64,000 nucleotides of DNA from assembly GCF_009914755.1 (NCBI RefSeq), contig NC_060930.1; one strand, given 5' to 3'. Origin of the DNA: the human T2T-CHM13v2.0 reference genome, Homo sapiens. The notes beneath the pieces are model-generated. The model worked only from the letters and a program-made list of their open reading frames with translations. It ran no database searches and was not told where the DNA came from. The translations under genes were made by a program, and so were the position numbers. Shown piece by piece: positions 46,093 through 61,456 of this stretch; the stretch's first letter is position 1; each line of letters begins with the position of its first letter.

Positions 46093-48054
46093 GTTTTTTG
46101 AAAAGACTTTTTCCTGATTCAGAAGGTGGGACTCACAATTGTAATTCTGCTAATGGTTGTCTTTCAGTCTATCAATTGCTTCATAAATGCATCCACTGTT
46201 CCTTCTTCTTCTGCCCTGCTTATAATTTTCCATGAGTCCATATATCTTTTTACACTGTCTTTAGTCTTATTCACTAAATTAAAAACTAATTTTTGATATT
46301 TGGTATTCATGACAAGACAATTAGTAGAATTTTGATGCTTCTTGTCTGCAATTACAGAATCAATATATTTTCTATATTATTGTATATTCTCTAAATCTTA
46401 TTTTGTATAATAGCTTTCAGCATGTTCTTTAATTCTGTTTAGATATTTAGAAAGTATTTGTTGTTATTCTGTAATTTATTTCAATATTCAATTATAGTTT
46501 AATATTTTGTTATCTAGTGTTGTCTTGATTTTGATATACGTACTGATTTTGTAGATCCAAATTCCTCTTTCCTATCAGAGAATGCAATTTTTTACTTGGA
46601 TAAATAAGAATCATATCGCCTCTGCTTGCTACCATATTGCATACATTCATGGGTAGAGAAAGAGTTAAGCTGATGAGAGTAGGAATTAAGGTAGACCTGT
46701 TTGGTAGGTTCTCCCAGATTTCAGAGGACAGACATCTTTTTTTCCCTGCCTTGGTCATTTAAACTTTTTGGATTTTGGATTAAGTGTAGGCAGGGAAAAT
46801 ATATCAGATATTTTTATTTTTCTTTGGTGCCATTTGTCCTTCTCTGCTTTAGGCAGAGAAGCATATGTAGTCCAAGAATGTGCTTTTCTATCCAGCTACA
46901 TCAATAATAACAATTAGTAAAATTCTACTTAAACTTAGACCTTTGCTGTTCTCTTTTCTCTGCTTGTGTTAAGTCATGCTCATGATTCTGGCAGTTTTCC
47001 ACAGTACCATGTACAGAAAGCTTGAATAAGGTACATCTAGAATACTCATATATGTTCACTTCAAAAACACATTTTTGTGGAATTCTAAATGCAAATCTCA
47101 ATAGTGCAATTCTAATTTACAATGAGAAAAAACTAAGGGATTTTTTCTGGTGATTCTTTTTGCTCATTTATAAATATGTTTTTAAATGATAAGCAAATAT
47201 ATAAATTAAGCTTTTCCTTACGTAGCTACATTGATTTACTAGTGGTGGAAAAGGTTAAGCAAAACTAATTTTCATGAGTGTAAATGAATTAGTAAGTGAC
47301 ATATGCAATGCTTAAGGGGAATTTGCATAAATCTATGACTGATACTCAACCTCTTGCTTAGCGAGAAGATAATTAAAATATTTTATACTTCAAGAAGACC
47401 TAGTTTTCCAAATTATTTACATCCACAAACTCAGATTTTATAGCAAGTAAGAAAAGTTAAGTCAGAAGCATATACTATTAACAGCTACTTACATTGCTCA
47501 AATTTAATATACGATTGCTGCTTTTGTTGGTTTTGAAATGTTTCTTGACCATGGATCTGAATAATGAAGTTATTCAAGAAGCAACTTTAAGAATGTTATA
47601 TTCTTAGAAAGAAGCTATAGATACAATAATATTAAAAAATTAAATGTAAGTTCCTGCACTCACAGTAGAGGTAAGTTCAAGGTTATAAGAGAGCTTATAG
47701 ATTCTGAGATTTGGAAAGAAGAGAATAGAAAAAACTTTTCAGATTAAATAATGTGTTAATTGTGCTTCTAAAACAGCTTTGGTGATCTTAATAAAATAAA
47801 TATTGTTTTTATTTCCATTTTTGCTTTTCAGACAAGAAATGCTACTTGATGGCTGCATATATTTGTTTTGTCTCTTTTCACCACCTACTCTTGCTAAATA
47901 CTCTCAACCCACTCATGAAATTAAAGCACATTGGAAAACATTTATCAACTACCTGTAAATACAACCTATGCTCTCTTTTGTGGAGGTGATAGACATTCAT
48001 CAATGGAATAGTTGATCTAAATCCTAGTCTTCATTATCTTGTTTTATACATTCT

Positions 48055-48409
48055 TGTCTTAATCAGTTTGGGCTGCTCTAACACAATACCATAGACTAGG
48101 TGGCTGATGAACAACAGAAATTTGTTTCCAACTGTTTTGGAGACTGGGAAGTCCAAGATCGAATTTTATGTCTGGTGAGGGCCTGTTTCCTAATTAATAA
48201 ACATCTGTTGTCTCATATGTCCTCACATGATAGAAGGGGCAAAGGAGCTCTCTGATGTCTCTTTTTTAGAATATTAATCTCGTTCATGAAGGCTCTGCTC
48301 TCATGACCTATTCCTTCCCAAAGGGCCCACTTCCAAAGACCATCATATTAGGGATTAGGTTTCAACAAATGAAGCCAGGGGGAGGTTGGTAAACATTCAA
48401 TCTATAGCA
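48055..48409 (-). mobile_element. MLT1A-like MaLR solo LTR
   Basis: tgtcttaatcagtttgggctgct...ccatagactaggtggc...gggaagtccaagatc...aaacattcaatctatagca. Confidence 0.85.
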
Positions 48410-49611
48410 ATGCCTATCTCCAGGAGCTGCCTGTGGAAACACTTTTATCTGATATGGTAGTTTAAAGCATGGCAGGGATAAGTGGTATGAGGAAAACTCT
48501 CCCTGCCACCCAACGCACACATCCCACTTAAGCTTCAGCAGCTCCAATTTTATCTGTGTAATATTTGGTTCCACATCAAAGTTGTTTTGAATATACTTCC
48601 ATTACCTTAAAAAATGTAAAAACACTGCTTTAAAAAGCCAAGCCTATTCCCTTTTCATTATTCAGAGTTCTTCCAGTTTTACCGTTACATCAAATTAGAA
48701 CTACATAATTAGGAACCCCTCTCTAAATTTGCCTCTATACAGAGAAAAACTGTGCCTGAAACTTTATTAAAACTCAATAAAGGAAATATGTATGAATGTA
48801 TATATATAATTTCTCTGAAGGATAGAATTTGTACTTCGTTCCATACATAAAAACTCATTTGACAAATAACAAGCATAGCTCCAAGCTCAAAGAATAGCTT
48901 AATTTTTCCTGATTAGTTTATATCTCTCTTATTAATCAATGACATTTAATATTACAACCATAGCTTGGGGTTTTAGTTTATTTGCTTTCTATCTTTTTTA
49001 TACTGTCGGCCTACCTGTGCCCAACTATGTTATAGTCAGGGGTTGGTAAAATAAAGACAAAACAAATCCTGTCTTCCTGGAGATCACCTTCACTGGGGGT
49101 TGAGAAACAATAAGAACAAGTAGTAAGTAAAATATGTACATTAAAATTTTAGATGAAGTTAAGTGCTATGGAAAAAAGTAAAATGGAAGAGGTGTTATGG
49201 AGTACCTGTTCGGGTATGGGTTCAATTTACAAGTGGATGGTCACCTTCTCACTGATAAGGTGACATTTGAGCAAAAGTCTTCAGCAGGAAGGGAGAATGC
49301 CATGCAGTTATCCTAGGAAAGAACATTTCCAATATAAGTAACAGCCAGTGCAAAAGCCCTGATGTAGATGCATACCTTAGGTATACGAGTAACAGTAAGA
49401 AATTAGTGGCACGAAAGACAGATGTACTTGGAAACCAAAAAGAATCTCTGGTAAGAAATTGTAAGTCATTGTAAGGACTTAAGGTTTTTTTTTTTCCTCT
49501 CCAAATGAGATGGAGATCCATTAGAAGGGTTTGCGTAGAGAAATAATATGATCTGACTTATATTTAACAGGACTACTCTTTTGCTGAATTGAAAATTGTC
49601 TCTAAGGGTGT

Positions 49612-50097
49612 ATATCAGATCTTATATTGATCTTACCCTTCTCTGTTCAATATTTAACACACAAGCCTGTTAAATAGTCCATTCCCAACTTCTGTGACTT
49701 CTTGCTTGAGAGCCTTTCTATCCCCTCTCATAAGGGCTGTGAGGGCCTAATCTGCTTACCTATCCAGCAGGCTGGGAATGACACAGAGCACTCACCAGGA
49801 GCACTCCCAACCTATGACTCATGGAAGTTGGTAGATGAATACCCCAGCTCTCATATTCCTTGGGTGGAAGAGCTCTGAGATGTGTGTTCTACACCATTAC
49901 CCAGAGGGCACCCTCTGGATTAGGCTCAAGTTGCTGACAGTAGTATCTTGCTGACTAACATAATTTTTATTAATTTTCTCCCCATTTGACCTTATTTCTC
50001 CATTTTTCTAATAGTGTTCATTGGTATCACTTCCAAAATAAATTACCTTTACTTGAATATTTTTCTTAGAATCTTCTATACAAACCTGAGCTAATAC
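49612..50097 (+). mobile_element. LTR16-like ERVL LTR
   Basis: caacctatgactcatggaagttggtagatgaataccccagctc...ctctgagatgtgtgttctacac...atcacttccaaaataaattacct. Confidence 0.7.
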
Positions 50098-50371
50098 TGG
50101 GGCAAAGAGTGGAAGCAGGGAAATATTTTGTAGGTGTTGTGGTGATGTAGGACAGAGCCTGATAGCTTGGATCAAGGTGGTAGCAAAGGAGATTGTAGAA
50201 GCTATCACACTCTTTATATATTTTGAAGACACAGCCAAGAGGTTTGGTGGAAAAATGGATTGTGAGAAGTAATAAAAAGAGTGGGAGAGAAAGTCAAGGA
50301 TGTCACCAAAGTTGTCCTAAGCAAGTGGAAACTTAGATTTGGGAGAATCAAAAATCCTAAAATATCCAAAT

Positions 50372-50688
50372 CCTCTCCCCTGCCTTCCCCTCCCCTCCCC
50401 TCCCCTTCCCTTTGGAGATAGGGTCTTGCTCTGTTTCACAGGCTGTAGTCTAGTTTCGCGATCTCGACTCACTGCAGCTTCGACCTCCTGGGCTGAAGTA
50501 ATTCTTCTACTTTAGCCTCCCAGGCAGCTGGGACTACAGGATTGCACTAATGTGCCCAGCTGATTTTTTTTAGTTTTTTTTATTTTTAGTGGAGATGAGG
50601 TCTCGCTATGTTGCCTGAGCTCAAGCAATCCACCCTCCTCAGACTCCCAAAGTTCTGGGATTACAGGTGTGAAACACTGTGCCTGGCC
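50372..50688 (-). mobile_element. AluJ-like with (CCCCT)n tail
   Basis: gagatagggtcttgctctg...cactgtgcctggcc. Confidence 0.88.
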
Positions 50689-51521
50689 CAACATTTTATT
50701 TTCAAATATTTAAGTTTTGAATGTCTATTCGATAACCAAGTAAAGAAGTCAACTAGAATATATGAGAATGGAGTTTTCTAGAGAAGTCTGGGTTGAGGAT
50801 GTACTTTTGGGAAATGGAGCACATACTTGGTATCTAAAGCTGTGAGCCGAGATGAGATCACTAGGTAGGTAAATATAGATAAATTAGAGAAAATATCTAA
50901 TAATTGAGACATGGAGTACTATCATAAATTTTGAAAAGACAAGAAAATGTGAGAGATCGAGAAGAATGGCTGGGGAAGAAGGAATCTAAGGTAGTGAAGA
51001 GATTGAAATGTGTCAAGGAGAGAAGAGAGTAATTAGCTCAAATGCTACTGATAAGTAAAGTGAAATGTAGAATGAAAGTCAACCATAAAATTTGGCATTA
51101 TGGGGATCATTAATGACCTTAAAGAAAGTGCTTTTAGTGTAGTAATAGAAAGATGCAGAAAGTAAGTAGAGTGAATTCAAATTCAACAGAGAATAGACAG
51201 AGAGGAATTGAAGACATTTATACTGACAATTCCTTCCAAGACTTCTGCTATTAAAAAAAATAAAAAAAGAAGGAGAAATGGCAAGTGTTTGGAGGCCAAT
51301 TTATACTCAAGAATAATTTCTTGAGTTGGTTTTTTGTGTTTGTTTGTTTTTGATTGGTTAGTGTGTTTATTTTTTAGACGGGATTGGAGAAATACTTTCA
51401 TTTGTGTTTTTACCCATGTTTTCAGCCTTGCCCTGGCTGCCTGGTATAACGCAACTCTATTTGTTATTCTGCTATTATAGTTTCCCTAGCTTGAATTTTT
51501 TTACACCCTTATTATAATTGT

Positions 51522-51615
51522 AGCGTTGCATGCCTATTTCAAAACATCTCATGTACCCCATAAATATATACATCTACTATGTACCCACAAAAATTAGAAA
51601 TAAAAAAATTTAAAA
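51522..51615 (+). mobile_element. Very short L1PB/L1MA 3' terminus
   Basis: aaacatctcatgtaccccataaatatatacatctactatgtacccacaaaaatta followed by an A tail. Confidence 0.8.
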
Positions 51616-53803
51616 ATTATGATTTTTTAAAATTTGTTAAATAATGTTTACTGACTCTTTTATTTGTTGAAATCATTCATTTTTTGGAATATCAGGTCCA
51701 ATTAAATATTTAATCAGACTTTGAGAAGGATTTAATAAGACCAATAAATAACCAAGTATTAGTTGAAGGAAATTTCAGATATTTTGGTAGCAGAAGGAAC
51801 TGAGTTATGGCTCAAGAGCTTTTTAATAAGTGTGAGTGGAGTTATACAAACTACTCATTAAAATCTTTATTTGAATTTGTAATATCTGAAACCATTTTCA
51901 TATTGAAGAATCACTTAAAATAGTCATAAAATGTAAAATTGCAAGACAATTAAAAACAAAAATATGATTTCACGACTGTGATAGTACCTGAGAAATTTCT
52001 TCGTCTCCTTAGTAAGAGAAGTATTACACCTATTTATAGTTATTTTATGAAACTAGCTAAGATGAATTATGTAGAAAAGATACAGATTTTCAAACAGAAA
52101 CTAGAATTAATGGAAGCTATGTGAGACTATAAAGAGTTTAATAGTTATTTTGATTTTTTTTTATGAGTGCAAGGAGTATAGCGAAAAATAGCATCTACCT
52201 ATAAGGATTTGCAAAGCCAGTAATCTTTCTAAAAATATCAGCAAACCCAGAATTAAGGCTTATGTTCTTAGCTCATTGTAACTAGATCAAAAATAAAGAA
52301 GGCCAAATAAAGGTATGTGACATTTGTTGAAAACCTGAAGTGTCCTATATGCAGAAATATTTTTATCATTTAATTAATTTCAGAAACTTCTTAACATGAC
52401 ATGATCCTCTTGAAAAGATCACATCAAAAAAGGCAAAATAATTGCATAATTATTGTAGAATAATTTTTGTGTGAGTATTTTTGACTTAGTGTAAGTTTCC
52501 AAGTTCAGGATTTATCATGCAGTGAAAAAAAATACACTTGTCTAGAAGACAGGAGACTTCATTATATTCCTCTCTTTACAATTAATTAACGTAAGACCAT
52601 TTAAAATATGCCTAATTTTCCAGGCATTGGTTTGCTTTGCTATAAAATGGGAGGATAGAAAATAACTTTCAAAATATCTTATAAATCTAAGAATCTTTGC
52701 ATCTTATAAATCTAAGAATCTTTGGAAATTCATAGATTATTGAGATGGAGTCTCGTTGCTATGCATTGTAGCAAAGTTGGAAATAAATTCTAAATTTTAT
52801 TTCATTTATATTGATCAATAAATTGTTACATTTCACTAATACAATAAGGAAAATTTATTTTACCTGAGTGTATGTCTAGCTTGTGAAATAAAAATGCTCA
52901 ATTATGAAAGCATTTATTGCCATTTTGAATGAAAAATGTAATATGTAGAACAGAATTTTTTTTGCCTTGAACTCAGTTAAATGTAGAAATTGATAAGGAC
53001 TTGCATTTTCATGAACTTAATAATTATCTGTCTTTTCAATGGTCTCCATATCAAGTCTGAGAAATATGGATGTGATTTATTTTAAACCTCACCATTTGAA
53101 GTAAATCTAAAGATTCCATTAGGTTATGAGCATATAGGATACAAGGACCATATTGACAGTTTTGTGGGATTGTATTAGGATAAAAGGGTAGGAACAATGG
53201 GGAGAAAATTATAGCTTACAATAGGGAAGAACCAAAAATTGTTGCAAAATGATGGAACAGGCTGAAAGAATGATATAACCTCCTAAACACTTCAAATGTT
53301 TAAGCAGTTCATTGTACCAGGGCCATTGTAGCAAATATTTTCTGTCTTGGGTGGAAGGTCAGTCAAGGTGACTGATAAAGTTTCTTCTAACGATAAAATA
53401 GCACAACTCACTTTTTTTCTAACCTCTAAGAGTATATTAATATCAAAAGAAGGCAAGCAACAAACTACTTCTGAATGTTAATATATATCTGCATTCATTT
53501 TAAAAGTCTGCTACAACTACAGATAGAGGAACAGTTTGTAGTATCCGTGATCCTAGAACAAATTTAGCTTTTAATATCTTGTCAACTTTTTTGTTTTAGT
53601 ATCTCTTCCTTGGAACTAGCTGAGCTTTAATGGCATCATCATGTGATATGACTTGAGATTTATATTTGGAAGAGCTTTGAAAAATCACGGATTGTTACCC
53701 TAATGAGGTGTTATTCAGTCTTTTAAACAAGAGCAATTTCTTTACAAAAAGGAGCAGAATTCTTAATTGTATCTGTAAACCTCCATTTAAGAATGAATTA
53801 CTT

Positions 53804-54137
<334 letters not shown>

Positions 54138-56029
54138 TCATAAATGTGCCTCACTGATGATTAAATTTAATCCTGCAAGATTATGTCTTTTGATGGAAAT
54201 GAGAGGGTTTATACAAAGTTTTATTCGTGATGTTATCTATGTCATCTATTGATTTCTGCTCTGATTCATGTGGATGAAGTTACACCTCACACTTTAAGCT
54301 GGTGTCAGTCTTCCCATTTTCTGCTGTGATGTGTACTCAAGATCTCCAGATTACATCTGTAATGTAATGCAGCCATGATTGTTTATAGGTACATTTAGAT
54401 GAATTCAATGATGAGTTATGTTGTAATAAGTGTCAGATTTAGATGAACCATACAAATAAAAGAACCATGCATTAAAATGACAAATGTGTAAAAGCATTAT
54501 TTGGGCCTTAAGTCAAGGCCCAAATGTGGATACTGGTACTGAGACATCTTTCAGAAAGGAGGTATGAAGTACTGAAAAATATTTACAAAATGAAGACTAC
54601 TTTTATCTTACTTATCATGATTCTTTTATTACATATGCATTTTCTAAGATAACTATAGTGCATTAGTTTGTACTATGTTAATATAATAATAGGGTAAATC
54701 AAACAATGTTTTCTAAATCCATTAAAATAGAGTTCCCTAAGGGAGTTAAAACAATTACGTTCTACTGTATATTATTGGCATGCTTCAGGAGACATGATTT
54801 AATCTCTAGACTATCAGAATTCAAGAACTAGTGAGTCATATAACAAAGGAGGCTTAATCATGCCATTTAAGTGTCATGGAAAAAGGTTTATTGGTCAGGA
54901 AAAATTAATTAGAAAAAAGTTATAAAATACTTCACTAAGAAAATAAAATGTCAGGAAGCCCACTTAGACAATGAGTGAAAATGAAACAAATTCAAGTTTT
55001 TACAATATTTGGTTTCTATAGGATTGCTTCATTGTTTTGGTTTTTGTTTTTCCCCATAAGCTGATCTCAGAAACTTTTCCTCTACATGAAGAGGCTGTCA
55101 TTTTTTCATGGTGTGTGTTTGTTCACATGCCACACAGACAATCAATTATGAAGAAAGGAGAGACTCGTGGGAGGCAGGGCCAGGCTGTTCACACTTTTAA
55201 ACTAGGTAGCCACAAATGAGGCTTAGTTACAAAAACTTGAAAACTGGATTCTTCCCAATGTATTATACATCCCCAAAGAAATGATGAAGTTCCTTACTCT
55301 CTTCTCTTTGTTTTTGTAAATCTTACCACTTCAAGTGTTGGCAATACTTACTTTAAAGTAGGTTTTCATATTGGCTTAGATTTTTTTTTCATTAACTTGC
55401 AATTTGTGGTTGGGAAATGATCTGCTTTTTGTTTCAGGTTGTTTAATGTTTTCCAATGTAATATTCTTCTTGCACTCCAGTGAGTTTATTTACAAAACAT
55501 TTAATGTCATTTGCGTCTTCGAAGAACAATGTATTCGGTTAGAACAAAAGTGAGCTCCTGCATAGAGCTTATGATGGTTTATAATTGGTAAATTATTACC
55601 TTGGTCAAGTTTGTAAACTAATAAAGGGAGTAGAAAACTTTTAGATAAAAAAAACTACCTCATTCAAAGGGACCGTTCACCCACAAAATGCCTTTTTGTT
55701 TATCTTTTGGAATGACACCATTGGAAACTCAGTATGGCCACTTTTATGGTAATAATAAAAGTCATATATAAAAAGGATTATTAGAAATGTGTTATTTCTT
55801 AGGCAGGTATGCTTATTTAAAGTATGTATGCATACATACTTTAAACTACTAAATACAAATAAATTAGTAGTACAGTCATTAGGATTGCTCTTAGTTTGTT
55901 AGTGTTGGAATAGACTTTTGGATTTTCTTCCTAGCTTAGATTGATACAATGTGATGGGGACTTGCTCTCCAAACACAGGAATAGGTGGCCTGCAGACACA
56001 CTCTGTGATGCTGTAATTCTAATCCTCAC

Positions 56030-56420
56030 TGAATATATCAGGGGTGGACATCTGGCCTGGGGCAATTCAGATACTTTTTCTTAAAATTTATACTACAAAT
56101 TCAAAAGTGGTAACTCATCTCTGCCATCACTTATAGTAGAATAAGACCCACTGTTGCAGTGGGGAATTGAGAAACCCAGTCCACAGGGAGAACAAACATG
56201 GAGAATAAAATAAGTAAATTAGAACAGGAAAAATGCCAAAACACACAGACATGACCCTGATAGTTTTCCATTTCCTGATCACTGTCCCTTCCTGTGGCTG
56301 GATAAGGAACTGTCTCTAGGCTCTGTAAGACATATTTGCATCCTTACGACAAATTTCTACTCCTTTTCATAAACTAGACTTGGGTTCTTTAACTTGCAAC
56401 AGCAACAACAATAAACGATT
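56030..56420 (+). mobile_element. Old ERVL-type (LTR33-like) LTR fragment
   Basis: caggggtggacatctgg...aaactagacttgggttctttaacttgcaac. Confidence 0.4.
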
Positions 56421-56507
56421 TTGTTGGGTACAATCTGATTTTATTAACTTCTGGATTTAAAAGCCCTTCTAAATGTTGATTGGCATTGTTTTTACTTCCT
56501 AAGAGTA

Positions 56508-56852
56508 CGCTCATGCACCACATAGTGATGTTTTGGTCAACGACAGACTGCATTTACGACTGTGGTCCCATAAGATTATAATACCATGCTTTTCTGTACT
56601 TTTCTATGTTTAGATATGTTCAGATACACAAATGCTTATCATTGTGTTATAATTGCCTACAGTGTTCAGTACAGTTACATGCTGTACAGGTTTATAGCCT
56701 AGGAGCAATTGGCTATACCCTATAGCCTAGGTGTGTAGTAGGCTATACCATTAGATTTGTGTAAGCATACCCTATGATGTTTGCACAATGATGAAATCAC
56801 CTAAGGATGCATTTCTCAGCATATATCCCAGTCATTAAGCAAAGACTGACTC
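56508..56852 (+). mobile_element. Tigger3a (MER7A) Tc1/mariner MITE
   Basis: ggtcaacgacagactgcat...ggtcccataagattataatacc...gcctaggtgtgtagtaggctatacca; TA on both flanks. Confidence 0.9.
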
Positions 56853-57189
56853 TATTATTAGGTCTATTTTATTCTATAGCATTTGATCATGAGATATGTG
56901 AAAATAAATATAATTTTTAGAAGTACAATAACTTTCAAATCCTGAATGTTCTGTACTTTCCATCTCACAAGCATTTTGCAAAGCATCAAATGGTATAAGC
57001 CAGATTACTGTTAAGGCAACTTGGAATTAATATGCTGCTCAGTTCTGGAAAAGGCATATTCTGTAAATATAGATGAGAGAATATAGACTTTTTCCCTCTC
57101 TTCTTACAATCCACATTCTATTCAGTATTTCATTTACTTGAGGGGTTATATGCTACTTATCTTTATCTGTTGTGGAGTGAGGACACATT

Positions 57190-57630
57190 CCAAATGCCTT
57201 GGTATTATTAAAAGCCCTTCATGATGTGGCCCCATCTTTTATGACTTTTCCTTTTCAACTGTGCCCTCTAGCCTTATTTGATTTCTCTCAAATTCTTAAA
57301 CACAGCATGCTTCACTGACCTTTAAGCCTTTGCACATACAGTGTTGATGTGGAGCTTCCTGACCAACTCCTAATTCTCCTTCAGGCCTCAATTTAAACAT
57401 CACTTCCTCTGGGAAGCTTTCTATTATTCCCAAGGTACTGGGATATGTTCTTGCACAGCATGCTGTGCTAATGTCACAATGGCTACCTTGTTTTATTGTT
57501 AGTATTTGATCAGCGACACCTTGCCAGGGAGCCCCTGAGTATTGTCTGAGCAGAAACTATGGCTATCTTGTCCCCTGTTTAGCACAGGGCTTCTCTAAAA
57601 GTGGGCTTCTCTAAAAGTAAGTGCTCAAGA
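57190..57630 (+). mobile_element. L2 3' fragment
   Basis: aagcccttcatgatgtggcccc...gcctttgcacat...aaacatcacttcctctgggaagc...agtaagtgctcaa. Confidence 0.7.
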
Positions 57631-57904
57631 ACAACAACAAAAAGTGTTACATTAATAAACACACACACATACATACAAAGAAATACCTGTCTTTCTCCAT
57701 ATCTCAAGATCATGCTGAAAAGCCAGCATTCATGAACAAATTCCTGTGCGAAGATTGAGAATGAAAGATGAATAAGAGGTATCTTTAGAACCCAATTATG
57801 GCTGCCGTTGTTCCCTGAGTGTGAGGCTTGCTGTTAGAGTGACAGAAGGAATTTTGACTACTCAAGACCATACAAATTTGGAAATGACTCCAAAGTAAAC
57901 ATGG

Positions 57905-58420
57905 TTAGATAACTACACATTCCATTCCCCCTTTTTTATTTCTATAGAATCCCAACTTTGTTCAAGTAGTAACATGCCCAGCTTCAGAAATGAGTCATGA
58001 TTTTTCTAAAGCAACAATATCAATCTTCTTTCCCTTCCCCAGTGATTGGTATGGAAGTGGACATTTCAGCAAGTTTTAGCCAATAACGTGAATTCTGTTT
58101 TGAAGCATCTAAGAAAGATTTTGCTTTCTGCTGTAAATCAAAAGCAGAAACAGGAGAAGATTCTTTTGGGCCTCTTTCCCTCTTCCTGGCGTGGAAGTAG
58201 TTGTGAGAGCATATGATACCCAAAGTTTCGGTAGACATTTTATAATTATGTGATGAATAACCTAAGGATAATTAAACATATAAAAGAATGGAGAAAGACT
58301 GAGTCTGTTTTACTCCACAAGATGCTGAACCAACCCTGAGACATAATTTATCTGGATTCTTAAATAACTAGTGTCTTTGTGGTTTAAGCTGTTCTTTGTA
58401 AACAAACATATCATAAGTGA
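57905..58420 (+). mobile_element. MLT1J/K-like MaLR LTR
   Basis: ccccagtgattggtatggaagtggacat...ttttagccaat...gctgaaccaaccctg...gtttaagc. Confidence 0.55.
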
Positions 58421-59026
58421 TTAAGTGATGTTATCTTCCTTTAAGGCAATCAAAATGCATCTGACAAATGGCCATCTAATTTAAAATTCCAACTATGTAG
58501 ACATCTCAAACAAAGTCAGTATCTCAAAAAATATACTACAAAAATTCTCATGTGTCCATTGGGGATAACTTCCAATGCTCTTTCATTGGTATTGTAGCTA
58601 TGGCATTTGATTTCCAATTGTATGTGGATCAGGTAGTTGCAGGGTGACTCTCAAGGGCGAGAAGAAAGTAAGAGTACATGAAAAAAAAGAGGAAGAGAGA
58701 GAGCAGACAAGAAGGAAGAACAAGACAAAGTCAAACCCTAGGTAGAAATAAGAAGGAGCTAGTACAGAAAGCAAATGCCTAAGGTGTTGGAGAACATAGA
58801 AAGGTAGAGTGGAATGAAAAAGAAAAAAACACTAAATAGCAGCACATAGAATCTTGGGGTTTCAGGGATATTGTTTATGAAAGGTTAGAATAGGCAACAA
58901 TCTACCTTGTGGCATCTTCTTAAAATTATCAACATATAAAACAAACAATAATTATTTAAATTACCTGTCATATGGGTCTTGTCATTTATTTATAATTTAA
59001 GGAGAATTAAAACTGAACTAGTTGCT

Positions 59027-61456
<2,430 letters not shown>

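Larger units (their letters stand above)
49005..51300 (-). mobile_element. Long L2 relic interrupted by an LTR16-like element and an AluJ
   Basis: cctacctgtgcccaac...ggtgacatttgagcaaa...gccagtgcaaaagccctga...; resumes at 50100 and 50700. Confidence 0.7.

Noticed and set aside
52741-52756. Alu-like 15-mer tgagatggagtctcg
   Set aside because: Too short, with no tail or further homology; cannot be distinguished from chance.
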